From: an uncultured Bacteroides sp. | GTDB taxonomy: Bacteria; Bacteroidota; Bacteroidia; Bacteroidales; Bacteroidaceae | Assembly: GCA_902491215.1 (NCBI GenBank) | Contig: CABUGV010000002.1 | Span: 95,206 to 159,205, forward strand | DNA length: 64,000 nt | Reading direction: 5' to 3' | Position numbers and translations under genes: made by a program | The notes under the pieces: model-generated | The model's database searches: none | Told to the model about the DNA's origin: nothing | What the model saw: the letters and a program-made list of their open reading frames with translations, nothing else | In this document: positions 20,951 through 31,231 of the stretch, piece by piece | Position numbering within the stretch: position 1 is the first letter of the stretch | Layout of the letters: the number at the start of each line of letters is the position of its first letter

Positions 20951-23900
20951 TCAAGCAGACAACGGTATAGTGAAAACTATTCTGAATCCGCGTTGCGCCC
21001 GTTCAGCATAAATACGGCATCCGCGACGACCAGCACAATTATCGTGCTCACGTATTATCTGCCTGCAAACAAGAAATTGCGTGCCATTAAGCGTGCCATG
21101 CTGAGAATCAATGCTGAGAGAGTCTGGATAAAACAAACTGTTGAGTGTCTGTTCGTCGTATGTCCTACGTTCGTCCGTAAAAGTAAAAGCAACAAAATCG
21201 CCTCTTTCGGAGAAATCCAAACTCAATGTTCCTGGTTCAGCACACTGGAAAGCCTCAGTCAGCAAACTGTCAACCAGATATTCCAGCAAAATTACATCTC
21301 CTACAGCCTTGAGTTTTTTAGATGGACTCGCTATATTGAATACGACATCGAGATGTGCCTTTCGGTTTAGTTTGTCGAAACGGCGACGTGCATATTCTCC
21401 CAAGACGGCAACTTCAAACCTGCGTCTGCGGAACATCACATTGTCAAGCTGACGCGCAGCGCACATGCTCAACAGCGTAAACACTTCCTTATAGTAGCAT
21501 ACAAGTTCGTCCATAGAAACAATGGCAGATTTATCGGGACTGCCATCTGCAGAAATCAAGTCGTCTACAATCTTGCGGATTCTGTTCGGATAATACATTG
21601 TCTCATGTTTTATTGTGGAAAGACAATTATCGAGCACCATGTTCTGCACGTGTATAGCATTTTCTTCCATCTCAGCCCTACGTTTCTCATCCTCCAGCAG
21701 TTCTATGTCAACCAGTTTGGAATCCAATTTTATCTTTGAATAAAAAAGATGTATGGCCGTAAACTGTGCAATAAGCTTTATGATGATTTCCTCATCGTCG
21801 GAAAGCGAAGAGTTGTGCACAACCACAGCAAGCACGCCAACCATGACATTTTCGCCGTCGTTTTCAATGGTAAGCGGATAAGTACGTAATGTTCCTGCAG
21901 AATCATACTGACGACGATTCTGATACGTACTCTTCATCATTTCTTCAAGATATTCACGTTCAGGACACCCGTTTGAAAAAGAGAAACGCAAGGTTCCAGC
22001 CTCACCCGAAGGTACGCACAATGCCACTCCATCTGACAGATGTATGTCGTTGATACCTTCATGGAGAATCTCCACATAACGACCTATTCTTTCATCTTCA
22101 CGGTCCAGGGACTCCCCACCAGCTGTAAAAGAGAACATACGTCTGTTGAAACGAAGCAGTTGCGACATGTTCAGCAGAAACAGCTGATTGTGCCTGTAGT
22201 ACATCATATAATAAGCTGCAAGACCGAGGACTATCATCGTAACAATCAATATAATGATGGTCAGCTTATTGGTATACGATTCCTGCAAGTCGTTGCAGTA
22301 CTGTTCAATGTTCTTGTCCTGCGCCATAAGTTTATATAGACGCGTATAAACCTCATTGTTATAATGATATACGTTCCATCTCTTAAGTGCAAGAGCTGCG
22401 ATGGCAGCTTCATTGCGAATGTCGAGAATGACATGATAATCCGTATTGAAACCACGATTCCACAAATCTATTTCAGGCATGTTGAGTGTACCGCTCATGC
22501 TCATAAGTTCATTTCCTTCTGGGCAAACGCTGAGATAGTAATCATTGAGCATCATGCGGGCAGAATCGATATATGTCAAAGCATATTCATAGTAGCCGTC
22601 GACATTGCAGAAATAAGCCTGATCAGCATAGAATGAAGCTTTCTTCAGACGAGGATCATCAGGTGACCACACAACGGAATCTGCTTCAGAAGTATTATCT
22701 GTCGAACCAATCGTATGGCCACAAGAGATAGGCATGAAAGCTGAAATAACAAAAGCCAGCAAGCACAAAGTCTTTGCCACGCTCTTCGGCAATCGGAAAA
22801 AGAAACGGCTGCCCTGCCCCAATCTGCTTTCCACCCCAAAAGCACATACAGAAAACAAAGAACTGGTCTTCTTATATTTTTCTATGATGCCCCTGCAGTT
22901 CATCAGTCCGAATCCACTGCCCTTATTTCCTGCCGAAGCACTGTCATTGCCTATTGTGCTGGAATCATACACCTTTTCATTGACAATTTTGTCTACATCA
23001 GCTTCTGAGAGTCCGCATCCGGTGTCGGCAACATATATCTCCACATACTTTTCTCCGTCCACAGCACCAAGACAGACTTTACCGCCTTCTGGTGTAAATT
23101 TGCGTGCATTCTCAAGCAGGGTGTTCATCATGAAAAGAGTCAGAGCCTTATCAGCCTTAACACAACTGTCAGAAGCAACCACATCAAGCAATATACCTTT
23201 CATGCTGAAAGCGTTTCTGCTCTTGCGGAGTGTTTCAAAAAGAGGAGCAAGTGAAAATGTCTCTACGTGCAGACTCACTGTACCTTGCCTCATTTTAATC
23301 CAATGCAGAAGAACATCGTTGTAGTCATTTATTTTGTCGACAAGCTCTGAAACATATTTCAATCTTTCGCCGTTCTGTTCAGCATTGACATCAGCAAGCA
23401 TCTTCTTAACCTCACATACGATACGGTCAAGATACGGCGTGATGCCATACACGATGGAAAGACAAGTACATTTGTCAATATTGTCGCGTTTGTTTCCGAC
23501 AATGCGCAACTCATGCATTGCTCGTTCTTCCTCAAGCTTGCGGCGCTCACCTCCCAAGCCAAGATACATCTCACCGTTTCTTACTGTCCACTCATAGAAC
23601 ACCTGTATGACTCTTATCATTTCCTTATCGTAGAAAGCCATTCCACGCTTCTCTCTATACAAGTCATCACCTAGATCCGGAAACAGCGAACGAACATCAC
23701 TGTCGACAGAAGACATCACAGCCGTACGTATGTCGTCTACATTAGAAACATCTGCAGGAACAGAGCCGGTTATCCGTCTGCATATCTCAAGCACTTTAGA
23801 CAGTTTATCGACTATAAAGAATCCGTTTCTTCTCAAACGTCTTCCCCAAACAACCACAAGGGTTATGACAGCAACAGCTACAACAGCCACAAACAGCAGA

Positions 23901-25216
23901 AGTGCATTAATGTTTTTTTCTCTCTGCAGGAGATTGTCGTAACGGCTCTGCATCTCCATGTCCTGACGTGTAGCATCAAGTATGTCGAGATATATGTTTC
24001 TATTGTAATCCGACTCGCGCTTCATGCCCTTTGCACTGTACGTCATGCTCAACATCTCGCGTATGTCGGCAATCCATGCCGGCACAGTCTTTATCCTGTC
24101 GTCGGCAATCCATTTCATCTCGGTAGAAACAGAATCAGCCTCGACCTCAAAAACAGACAAACTGTCTTCTGGATTTTCAAAACCATAATATCTGCTATGA
24201 TGTTCGTTGACAAAATGAAGAGCATTTCCCAAACATTCCAGCGCCTCGTCATAACGTCCGTGATAGAAATAATAATGTGACATTGTGACGTAGGCCTTCG
24301 ACATCGTATATATGTTGCCGTAATCGCGAGCCTTCTCCAACGACCATTCTGCCATCATAAGAGGCAACACACTGACATCACCTCCACGCACAGAAAACAT
24401 ATCTTTCAAAAAGCCCACACGTGAGTATATCAGCGAATCGGCATCTACAAGAATGTCTGCTATAGACAACATTGCGTTAGATTCAAAATAGCTGTTGCCC
24501 GATATATGGCTGATCATGAGACATCGGGAAAGCATACGCATTTCTTCATTGCGCATTTCCTCAAAAGAACCTTTTCCCTTGAATCCGCCCCGTCCCATCA
24601 TGTAGCAATAATATGCCATCTGAGCATCGTCATCCTCTACAAGTTCACGATGGTCTGTCAGATAGGACATTTCATTCATAGCCTGAGATTCCTGACGCAA
24701 ACTATGATAGAAATCACATGAAACCAGATGAAATTCGCTTCTCGCATAGTCAAACAGTCTTTTCTGCCTTTCATTCAGATTATCCGACTCGTTCTCGATA
24801 CGGTCGATACATTCCATTGCGGCAAACCTATGATCATAAAATTCACGGTTGTCCGAAGTGCGCTGACATATCCTCATCTGTCCAACATCTGATATCAGTT
24901 TCAGCAACTGGTTGGATGTACTTTTCCCGACTGTATTATATATAGCTCTTGCGCTGTCATAATCCATGTGCATCATTCTTACGAAAGCCATATAACACAT
25001 GGCTTCATATTTACCGTCAGAATAAGAGCCTGACATGTCGTGGGCCATGCTCGCATACATATACGTGGAGTCCAATGAACGATAACGCATCTTGTAGGCG
25101 CTGTCGTTCAAGGCATCGACACCAACATTGCCTCCTCCGCCGCATGACACAACAGAAAGACAAAGGCTCATGGCAAACAACGCCAACATACATAATACAG
25201 CTATTCGGCTCTTCAT
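20951..25216 (-). CDS. Tandem in-frame fusion of two paralogous sensor histidine kinases (DUF5112/DUF5113-like)
   Basis: Unit 1 has a lipobox (…VVSCGGG), a TM helix (ALLLFVAVVAVAVITLVVVWG), an H-box (MHELR) and a canonical HATPase (VADTGCGL, GSGFGLMNCRG). Unit 2 begins at an internal GTG near 22780 with a second lipoprotein signal (VAKTLCLLAFVISAFMPISCG), then a TM helix, an H-box-like IKHET and a degenerate HATPase. Confidence 0.7.
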   Translation of the reverse strand: MKSRIAVLCMLALFAMSLCLSVVSCGGGGNVGVDALNDSAYKMRYRSLDSTYMYASMAHDMSGSYSDGKYEAMCYMAFVRMMHMDYDSARAIYNTVGKSTSNQLLKLISDVGQMRICQRTSDNREFYDHRFAAMECIDRIENESDNLNERQKRLFDYARSEFHLVSCDFYHSLRQESQAMNEMSYLTDHRELVEDDDAQMAYYCYMMGRGGFKGKGSFEEMRNEEMRMLSRCLMISHISGNSYFESNAMLSIADILVDADSLIYSRVGFLKDMFSVRGGDVSVLPLMMAEWSLEKARDYGNIYTMSKAYVTMSHYYFYHGRYDEALECLGNALHFVNEHHSRYYGFENPEDSLSVFEVEADSVSTEMKWIADDRIKTVPAWIADIREMLSMTYSAKGMKRESDYNRNIYLDILDATRQDMEMQSRYDNLLQREKNINALLLFVAVVAVAVITLVVVWGRRLRRNGFFIVDKLSKVLEICRRITGSVPADVSNVDDIRTAVMSSVDSDVRSLFPDLGDDLYREKRGMAFYDKEMIRVIQVFYEWTVRNGEMYLGLGGERRKLEEERAMHELRIVGNKRDNIDKCTCLSIVYGITPYLDRIVCEVKKMLADVNAEQNGERLKYVSELVDKINDYNDVLLHWIKMRQGTVSLHVETFSLAPLFETLRKSRNAFSMKGILLDVVASDSCVKADKALTLFMMNTLLENARKFTPEGGKVCLGAVDGEKYVEIYVADTGCGLSEADVDKIVNEKVYDSSTIGNDSASAGNKGSGFGLMNCRGIIEKYKKTSSLFSVCAFGVESRLGQGSRFFFRLPKSVAKTLCLLAFVISAFMPISCGHTIGSTDNTSEADSVVWSPDDPRLKKASFYADQAYFCNVDGYYEYALTYIDSARMMLNDYYLSVCPEGNELMSMSGTLNMPEIDLWNRGFNTDYHVILDIRNEAAIAALALKRWNVYHYNNEVYTRLYKLMAQDKNIEQYCNDLQESYTNKLTIIILIVTMIVLGLAAYYMMYYRHNQLFLLNMSQLLRFNRRMFSFTAGGESLDREDERIGRYVEILHEGINDIHLSDGVALCVPSGEAGTLRFSFSNGCPEREYLEEMMKSTYQNRRQYDSAGTLRTYPLTIENDGENVMVGVLAVVVHNSSLSDDEEIIIKLIAQFTAIHLFYSKIKLDSKLVDIELLEDEKRRAEMEENAIHVQNMVLDNCLSTIKHETMYYPNRIRKIVDDLISADGSPDKSAIVSMDELVCYYKEVFTLLSMCAARQLDNVMFRRRRFEVAVLGEYARRRFDKLNRKAHLDVVFNIASPSKKLKAVGDVILLEYLVDSLLTEAFQCAEPGTLSLDFSERGDFVAFTFTDERRTYDEQTLNSLFYPDSLSIDSQHGTLNGTQFLVCRQIIREHDNCAGRRGCRIYAERAQRGFRIVFTIPLSA

Positions 25217-25442
25217 TACAAAGGATACATTTTCTCTGATTAATCCTTAAGCAGGGATTGACAGCAATTAAATCAACATTCATACTGAGATGCGCATGCC
25301 CTTTCCTTACACCGCAACCTCATAAGCTACAAAAATATAACAATATTCCTCAAGTTTTAATGCCCCAAGTAGGTTTTTAGAAAAAATAATCATAATTTAG
25401 CGATACAATAAAACAAATGCCCATCAATTATTTCCTTAAACA

Positions 25443-25793
25443 GTGAAGAATCTATATTACAACCAGATAATTGAGATTTTAACCAATAATCCAGAAGGCG
25501 TAAAGGTAAACAATATTTCGAGACAGCTGTACAATTCACACTGCAGCCTGTTCGAAACTGATGATCTGTACAAGAGCATCTACGAATCTACACGACGCTT
25601 TCTGTGGAAACAAAGCAAAAGCCCCAGTTCGCCGTTCTGCAAGGTCGACGGCAAATGGGGCGTATACGCATTGCGCAAGTCATTTGTAATACAGCTGGAA
25701 CTGTGTTTCGACAACTGGGAATACGATGTTGTACAACACAAGAAACCTAAGGAAGAAGAAAACTCCAGCTATCCAAACCTGTTCGGATGGTGA
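25443..25793 (+). CDS. Hypothetical small protein (possible wHTH)
   Basis: 116-aa ORF, divergent from the kinase gene. No motif I can name. Confidence 0.4.
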   Translation: MKNLYYNQIIEILTNNPEGVKVNNISRQLYNSHCSLFETDDLYKSIYESTRRFLWKQSKSPSSPFCKVDGKWGVYALRKSFVIQLELCFDNWEYDVVQHKKPKEEENSSYPNLFGW

Positions 25794-25813
25794 CCACCGG
25801 ATTCTTCACTGCA

Positions 25814-26929
25814 TCATTCGCTCTTCCCGGCCAGCTGTGCACCTCTCAACTTGTCTTGCTTTGTTATACCTTTCTTGACTTCTATATTTATTCCGTCACT
25901 CATACCTGTTTCTATAAAGCGTCGGCTGAAAGCTGATGTTTTACTGTCATAAACATAGACAAAAGCTGAATCGCCGGAGAATTCCACAACGCTCTCCGGA
26001 ACAGACAATACTCCTGATACACGACCAAGAACAATTTCTGCATTGGCGCTGTAACCAGACCTAATCTTGTTCTTGCCGTCTACATCAACAGCAGCCTTTA
26101 TCTCAAACTGATTGGCACCATTTACCTCAACAGCCTTTGGAGAGATATATTCCAATACAGCATTAAGTTTGAGATTCTGCATGGCACCGATGGTTATAGA
26201 CACATTCATACCTTCATGAATGGCACCAACCTCTGTCTCGTCCACATTTCCCCTGAAAATCAGATTGCTCATATCAGCAACTGTAGCAATAGTTGTACCG
26301 TCGTTAAAAGTATTGCTCAATATGACTGAATTACCAACTTTTACCGGTATATCAAGAATGAGTCCATCTATGGTAGAACGTATAAGCGTGGTACTAAGCG
26401 AGGCGTTATTTGACGAAACACCGTCGCGCACAATTTCAAGCGACTCGCCCGCTGCAGCTTTCTCCTCCTCTGCCTGAAGAAAAGTCTGTTCTGCCTGCTC
26501 ATACTCATTTCGACTTACGAGTCCCCTGTCGTAAAGAACCTTCTGGCGTTCATAATCAGCCTTTGCCTTGCCGTAATTGATAGCGGCGAGACGCACACGG
26601 CTTTCGGCAGAGCTGAGACTGCTCATGTCAGGAATAACCTTGATTTTTGCAATAACCTCATTTTTCTCGACTGTCTGTCCAGCACTCTTGCAAATTTCGG
26701 ATATGATGCCCGAAATCTGCGGTTTGACAGCCACCTCGTCGCGAGGTTCTATCTTACCTGTGGCTATTGTCGAACGCACGATATCGCGCACCTGAGGACT
26801 AACCAGTTCATACTTTACCTCTTCTTTCTTGTTTCTCAAAAAGAGAAAAACAAAAGTTCCGACAAAGATTGCAGCCACCAAAACGATGACCGCCCATTTC
26901 AAATACTTTTTCATATTCTTAATCTGCAT
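25814..26929 (-). CDS. Efflux transporter periplasmic adaptor (HlyD/MacA family)
   Basis: N-terminal TM anchor, a coiled-coil (YERQKVLYDRGLVSRNEYEQAEQTFLQAEEEKAAA) and a beta-barrel domain. It is the last gene of the ABC efflux operon. Confidence 0.85.
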   Translation of the reverse strand: MQIKNMKKYLKWAVIVLVAAIFVGTFVFLFLRNKKEEVKYELVSPQVRDIVRSTIATGKIEPRDEVAVKPQISGIISEICKSAGQTVEKNEVIAKIKVIPDMSSLSSAESRVRLAAINYGKAKADYERQKVLYDRGLVSRNEYEQAEQTFLQAEEEKAAAGESLEIVRDGVSSNNASLSTTLIRSTIDGLILDIPVKVGNSVILSNTFNDGTTIATVADMSNLIFRGNVDETEVGAIHEGMNVSITIGAMQNLKLNAVLEYISPKAVEVNGANQFEIKAAVDVDGKNKIRSGYSANAEIVLGRVSGVLSVPESVVEFSGDSAFVYVYDSKTSAFSRRFIETGMSDGINIEVKKGITKQDKLRGAQLAGKSE

Positions 26930-26967
26930 TTATTTTTCATTCAATCAAAATCAAGCATTTCTATATA

Positions 26968-28215
26968 TCACTCATCATGCATAGCATCTATAGGCTTGAC
27001 AGACATGGCCCTATATGCCGGAGCCATACCGGCCAACGCTCCGAACACCGTGAGCATGAGCAATGCACCCACTGCATCGCCGAATGGTATAAGGAATGAA
27101 TAATCTGTCCCATCGGCCATGTTGACACCATACTCCAGAGCGGCAAGCACCATGACACCAAGCGTTATGCCCGACAATCCGGCAACGATCGTTATAAGAA
27201 CACTTTCCATCAATATCTGCACCATTATGTCCAACGGCTTGGCGCCGATGGCACGGCGTATTCCAATTTCAGATGTACGTTCGCGCACTGTCACCATCAT
27301 AATGTTGCTCACACCGATGGCTCCTGCAAGCAAAGTGCCCAGACCGATCATCCACGTCAATATGCTGATGCCCTTGAACAGACTTTCAACCATGCTGAAC
27401 ATGGCTTCCGAATTGAAGAACACGACTGCCTGACGGTCATCAGGACTTATGAAATGCCTTTTCTTCAAAATTGGAGTTATCTGCTTCTCCAGCTCGCTTA
27501 CGCTGAATCCCGGTTTAGCCTTGAAAGTAAGCATATCTATGCGGTTTCCCCTATTATATATGTCCTGCATCAGTCCAAGAGGAACAATTACCGTCTCCTC
27601 CGTATTCGAACCGACAGCCATGCTTCCGCTTCCTTTGCTGTACACACCGATGATGCGATAATAAACGCCATCAACCTTGACAGCCATGCCGCACGGATCA
27701 GGAACATCAGGAAAAAGACTTTCATGGATACGGGAACCTATAATACATACCTTGCGGCCTTCAATCACATCCATCGCATTCAACGTTCGTCCGCACGACA
27801 AGTTCTGATCCTCAATGGCCCCATAATCGGTAGTAATGCCCTTGACACTGCACGACACAGACTTATCGCCATATATAGCCTTTGCACCGTAGGAAAACAC
27901 GATTGGTGCCACAACATCAACTCCATCAACAAACTGCTTCACAACCTCAGGGTCTGTGCTGTCGAGATTCCACATACGCCCTTTCTGAAAACCCTTATAG
28001 GCAAGTTCAGTAGACGACGTCATGATGAATCCCGAATTCGTGGCGAAACCTTCGAAATTGGCAGTCATCATCTGCATGAATCCCAAACCTCCACCGCTGA
28101 GAACCACAAGCATGAATATGCCCCAGAACACACCGAAGGCTGTAAGCACGCTTCGCATCTTGTTGCGCGAAACCGTGGACAGGATTTCTTCCAACTGATC
28201 AATATCGAATCTCAT
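26968..28215 (-). CDS. ABC transporter permease, FtsX/MacB-type
   Basis: MacB-like topology: N-terminal TM, a large periplasmic domain, then 3 C-terminal TM helices. 415 aa. Confidence 0.85.
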   Translation of the reverse strand: MRFDIDQLEEILSTVSRNKMRSVLTAFGVFWGIFMLVVLSGGGLGFMQMMTANFEGFATNSGFIMTSSTELAYKGFQKGRMWNLDSTDPEVVKQFVDGVDVVAPIVFSYGAKAIYGDKSVSCSVKGITTDYGAIEDQNLSCGRTLNAMDVIEGRKVCIIGSRIHESLFPDVPDPCGMAVKVDGVYYRIIGVYSKGSGSMAVGSNTEETVIVPLGLMQDIYNRGNRIDMLTFKAKPGFSVSELEKQITPILKKRHFISPDDRQAVVFFNSEAMFSMVESLFKGISILTWMIGLGTLLAGAIGVSNIMMVTVRERTSEIGIRRAIGAKPLDIMVQILMESVLITIVAGLSGITLGVMVLAALEYGVNMADGTDYSFLIPFGDAVGALLMLTVFGALAGMAPAYRAMSVKPIDAMHDE

Positions 28216-28267
28216 CAGAAACTTATATATATTCGTTTTATACTTCCATTATTTATGAATCACAGCA

Positions 28268-29524
28268 TCATTCAGTCCTCAATGCCTCTATTGGACTTAT
28301 GCTTACAGCCTTGCGCGCAGGAAGCAGACCAGCCAAAGTTCCGGCTATCACGAGTACCATCATAGCCTGAAACGCAACGTTGATATCGACTGTCGGATCG
28401 ACAAATATCTTGGCCGAAAAAACTCCCACATTCACGCTCTTTCCACCGATGGATACATTCATCCATTCGGTGAACACTATGCCTGCAACCATACCGACAT
28501 AGCCGAAAATGGAGGTTATGACGATACTTTCGAGAATTATCTGCTTTATTATCGAGAATGGTTTGGCACCAAGTGCTCGGCGTATTCCCAGTTCGCGCGT
28601 ACGCTCCTTTATAGTAATGAACATGATGTTGCTGATTCCCGCAATGCCGCTGAGAAGAGTAAGTATTCCGACCACCCACAAGGCCGTCACCAGCATGTTC
28701 TGAGCCTTCTGCATCTGAATGTTGTTGAGAAAGCGGTTGTTTATCCATATAGCAGAAAGATCATCGGAATGAAACGAATGTTTTCGTCCCATAGCTTTTC
28801 TGTACGACGCCTCAAAATCGTTGTTGGCCTTTTCGCTGTCCAGCCCCTTAGTCGAGATTGTAATATTGTCGACACGGTCGCCCTTCTGGTAAATCAGCTG
28901 CAGGGTTGAAAACGGGATATAGGCATTGGGACTTCCAATGCTGTTGTCGTCTGAATAAACTCCAACAACCTCATACACCATACTTCCGCAACGGAGAGTC
29001 TGTCCCACTGCATCCGAGGCCTTTCCGTAAAGTACATCAGCCGTCTTGCTATGCAGGACTATTGATTTTCTCTTCCCTTCCATATCTGGAAGATTGATGA
29101 AACGCCCGTAGACCATTGCCATCGGCTGAAAACGTGTGTAATCGGGATAAACACCATTGATGTTCAGCGAGACGTACCCTTTGGGGCCAGTCAGAATGAC
29201 GGATGAAAGTGTCAGCTGTGCACCGGCAGAGCTCACATTCGAAGCAAAAGAACGTTCTGACATTTGAATGTCGGCAGTGTTCAACCTTGTGCCTCTTCCA
29301 GGATTCAGACCGTTATATTCCATCGACGCAAATCCGGGATATATCCTCACGGAGTTGAGAGGAAGATTGCCCGACATGGCTTTGAAGGCATTGATAAGTC
29401 CGTTTCCCGCTCCGAGAAGAACGATGAGCATGAATATGCCCCAGGCTATTGAAAAGCCTGTAAGCACGGTTCGGAATTTGTTTCGAGAAACAGAATAATA
29501 TATTTCTTGAAAATCCTCAAGCAT
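28268..29524 (-). CDS. ABC transporter permease, FtsX/MacB-type (paralog)
   Basis: Same architecture as 26968-28215; 418 aa. Confidence 0.85.
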   Translation of the reverse strand: MLEDFQEIYYSVSRNKFRTVLTGFSIAWGIFMLIVLLGAGNGLINAFKAMSGNLPLNSVRIYPGFASMEYNGLNPGRGTRLNTADIQMSERSFASNVSSAGAQLTLSSVILTGPKGYVSLNINGVYPDYTRFQPMAMVYGRFINLPDMEGKRKSIVLHSKTADVLYGKASDAVGQTLRCGSMVYEVVGVYSDDNSIGSPNAYIPFSTLQLIYQKGDRVDNITISTKGLDSEKANNDFEASYRKAMGRKHSFHSDDLSAIWINNRFLNNIQMQKAQNMLVTALWVVGILTLLSGIAGISNIMFITIKERTRELGIRRALGAKPFSIIKQIILESIVITSIFGYVGMVAGIVFTEWMNVSIGGKSVNVGVFSAKIFVDPTVDINVAFQAMMVLVIAGTLAGLLPARKAVSISPIEALRTE

Positions 29525-29533
29525 AGCAAGTTA

Positions 29534-30250
29534 TCATTTCATAAGTCCACCGGTACCGAAGTCGAAAGCCTTATGCTGGCTGTTGTCTTCAATACTTCCG
29601 ATGACTCCATCCTTTATGTGAATAATCTTATCAGTCTGGTTGGCCACACCGCTCTCGTGAGTTACGACAACTATTGTCATACCTTCATCGTGGAGCTCCT
29701 TTAGAATCTGCATGACCTCTACCGACGTAGTGCTGTCGAGAGCTCCAGTAGGTTCATCGGCAAGAATGATCTGCGGTTTCGTCACCAGCGCACGTGCAAT
29801 AGCCACCCTTTGCTTCTGTCCGCCTGAGAGTTCGTTCGGCAGATGTGTCGCCCATGCAGAAAGGCCCACCTTCTCCAGATACTCCATGGCCAAGGCATTA
29901 CGCTTCTTGCGCCCCATTCCTTTATAATAGAGAGGCAAGGCAACATTCTCCACAGCATTCTTATAGGATATAAGATTGAACGACTGGAATATGAAACCTA
30001 TCATACGATTGCGGTACTCGGCCGCACGGCTTTCGCTCAGATGCTTTATAGGAACCCCGTTGAGTTCATACACACCGCTGTCGTAATCGTCGAGTATACC
30101 TAGAATGTTGAGAAGAGTAGACTTTCCCGAACCGGAAGCACCCATTATTGAAACAAACTCTCCCTTGGCGATGTCCAGATCGATTCCTTTCAGAACATGC
30201 AGGGGCACAATGCCGGGATATGTTTTGTTCAGATTCTCAAGATGGATCAT
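29534..30250 (-). CDS. ABC transporter ATP-binding protein (MacB/LolD-type)
   Basis: Walker A ([12 protein letters not shown]), signature ([15 protein letters not shown]) and Walker B ([11 protein letters not shown]). Confidence 0.9.
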   Translation of the reverse strand: MIHLENLNKTYPGIVPLHVLKGIDLDIAKGEFVSIMGASGSGKSTLLNILGILDDYDSGVYELNGVPIKHLSESRAAEYRNRMIGFIFQSFNLISYKNAVENVALPLYYKGMGRKKRNALAMEYLEKVGLSAWATHLPNELSGGQKQRVAIARALVTKPQIILADEPTGALDSTTSVEVMQILKELHDEGMTIVVVTHESGVANQTDKIIHIKDGVIGSIEDNSQHKAFDFGTGGLMK

Positions 30251-30457
30251 TGTCTGTAATTTATATGGTATTACCTAATATGTGCTTTTGCTGAAATGCA
30301 TTTACTTGGCCACAAAGTTATACTTTACAGCTTTTAGTACACACAAAAAGTAAACAAAAATGAAGATATAATGGAATAAAGCAATAAAAAACATTCTATT
30401 ACAAAGACTTTGCCACACAACACACAGCATCAACGGCAAACAGACAGGACCTTGCAT

Positions 30458-30585
30458 CGAACGGCGCGAGCCCTCGCGGCTGCAACTGCACGCCCTCGGA
30501 AAATTCATTGCAAGCGCCTGGAGTTCTGCAGTTTGTATAGACAGCTGAAAAGCAACTTGCGAATTAGGCGCCGAGACGGTTTTAT
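30458..30585 (-). repeat. Dispersed intergenic GC-palindrome repeat element, copy C (inverted orientation)
   Basis: The reverse complement contains …caggcgcttgcaatgaatttt / ccgagggcgtgcagttgcag / ccgcgagggctcgcgcc. It is a more degenerate copy of the A/B unit order. Confidence 0.45.
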
Positions 30586-30623
30586 TTTTATAGGTAAATT
30601 TTTCTGTTTCAACAATAATTATG

Positions 30624-30631
30624 TAAATTTG
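30624..30631 (+). promoter_or_regulatory. Candidate -7 TAnnTTTG promoter element for the mmd operon
   Basis: TAaaTTTG, about 60 nt upstream of the ATG at 30691. Confidence 0.3.
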
Positions 30632-30690
30632 CTTCGTTTGATAGACTGACCTAGTTAAATTATTAATACTACACATAATTAAAAGAAAAT

Positions 30691-31098
30691 ATGAAAATCT
30701 CACGTATTGACCACCTGGGCATCGCTGTCCAGAGCATAGAAGAGGTATTACCTTATTTTGAAGGAGTATTGGGTTTGAAATGCTATGCAATAGAAGAAGT
30801 AGAAGACCAGAAAGTAAAAACTGCTTTCCTCAAGGTAGGCGAAGTAAAGCTTGAACTTCTCGAGCCGACAAGCCCTGAAAGTGCAGTAGCAAAATTCCTG
30901 GAAAAGGGGGGCAAAGGCATACATCATGTGGCATTCGCTGTTGAAGACGGCGTTGCAAACGCACTCGCAGAATGCGACAGCAAAGGCATCAGACTTATCG
31001 ACAAGGCTCCAAGACCAGGCGCTGAGCAGATGAGCATTGCTTTCCTGCACCCTAAATCAACAGCAAGCATACTCACAGAACTTTGCGAAAAAGCTTAA
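30691..31098 (+). CDS. Methylmalonyl-CoA epimerase (VOC/glyoxalase family)
   Basis: HLGIAV and HHVAF metal-ligand motifs; 135 aa. It is the first gene of the mmd operon. Confidence 0.85.
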   Translation: MKISRIDHLGIAVQSIEEVLPYFEGVLGLKCYAIEEVEDQKVKTAFLKVGEVKLELLEPTSPESAVAKFLEKGGKGIHHVAFAVEDGVANALAECDSKGIRLIDKAPRPGAEQMSIAFLHPKSTASILTELCEKA

Positions 31099-31231
31099 AT
31101 CTGATTCAGAAAAAATTATAAATCCATAAACAGCAGAATGCAGACACGGACCAAAATCATCTCTGTACAGCGAGGATGGTAAAACGGGTCTGCATTTTGC
31201 CTGAACTAAAAAGAAAAACAAATAAATCTTT

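Noticed and set aside
27454-28365. 303-aa plus-strand ORF antisense to the FtsX permease genes (and the 28272-28748 minus alternate-frame ORF)
   Set aside because: These are shadow ORFs inside MacB-type permease genes. The His/Arg/Ser-rich translations have no membrane or enzymatic features.
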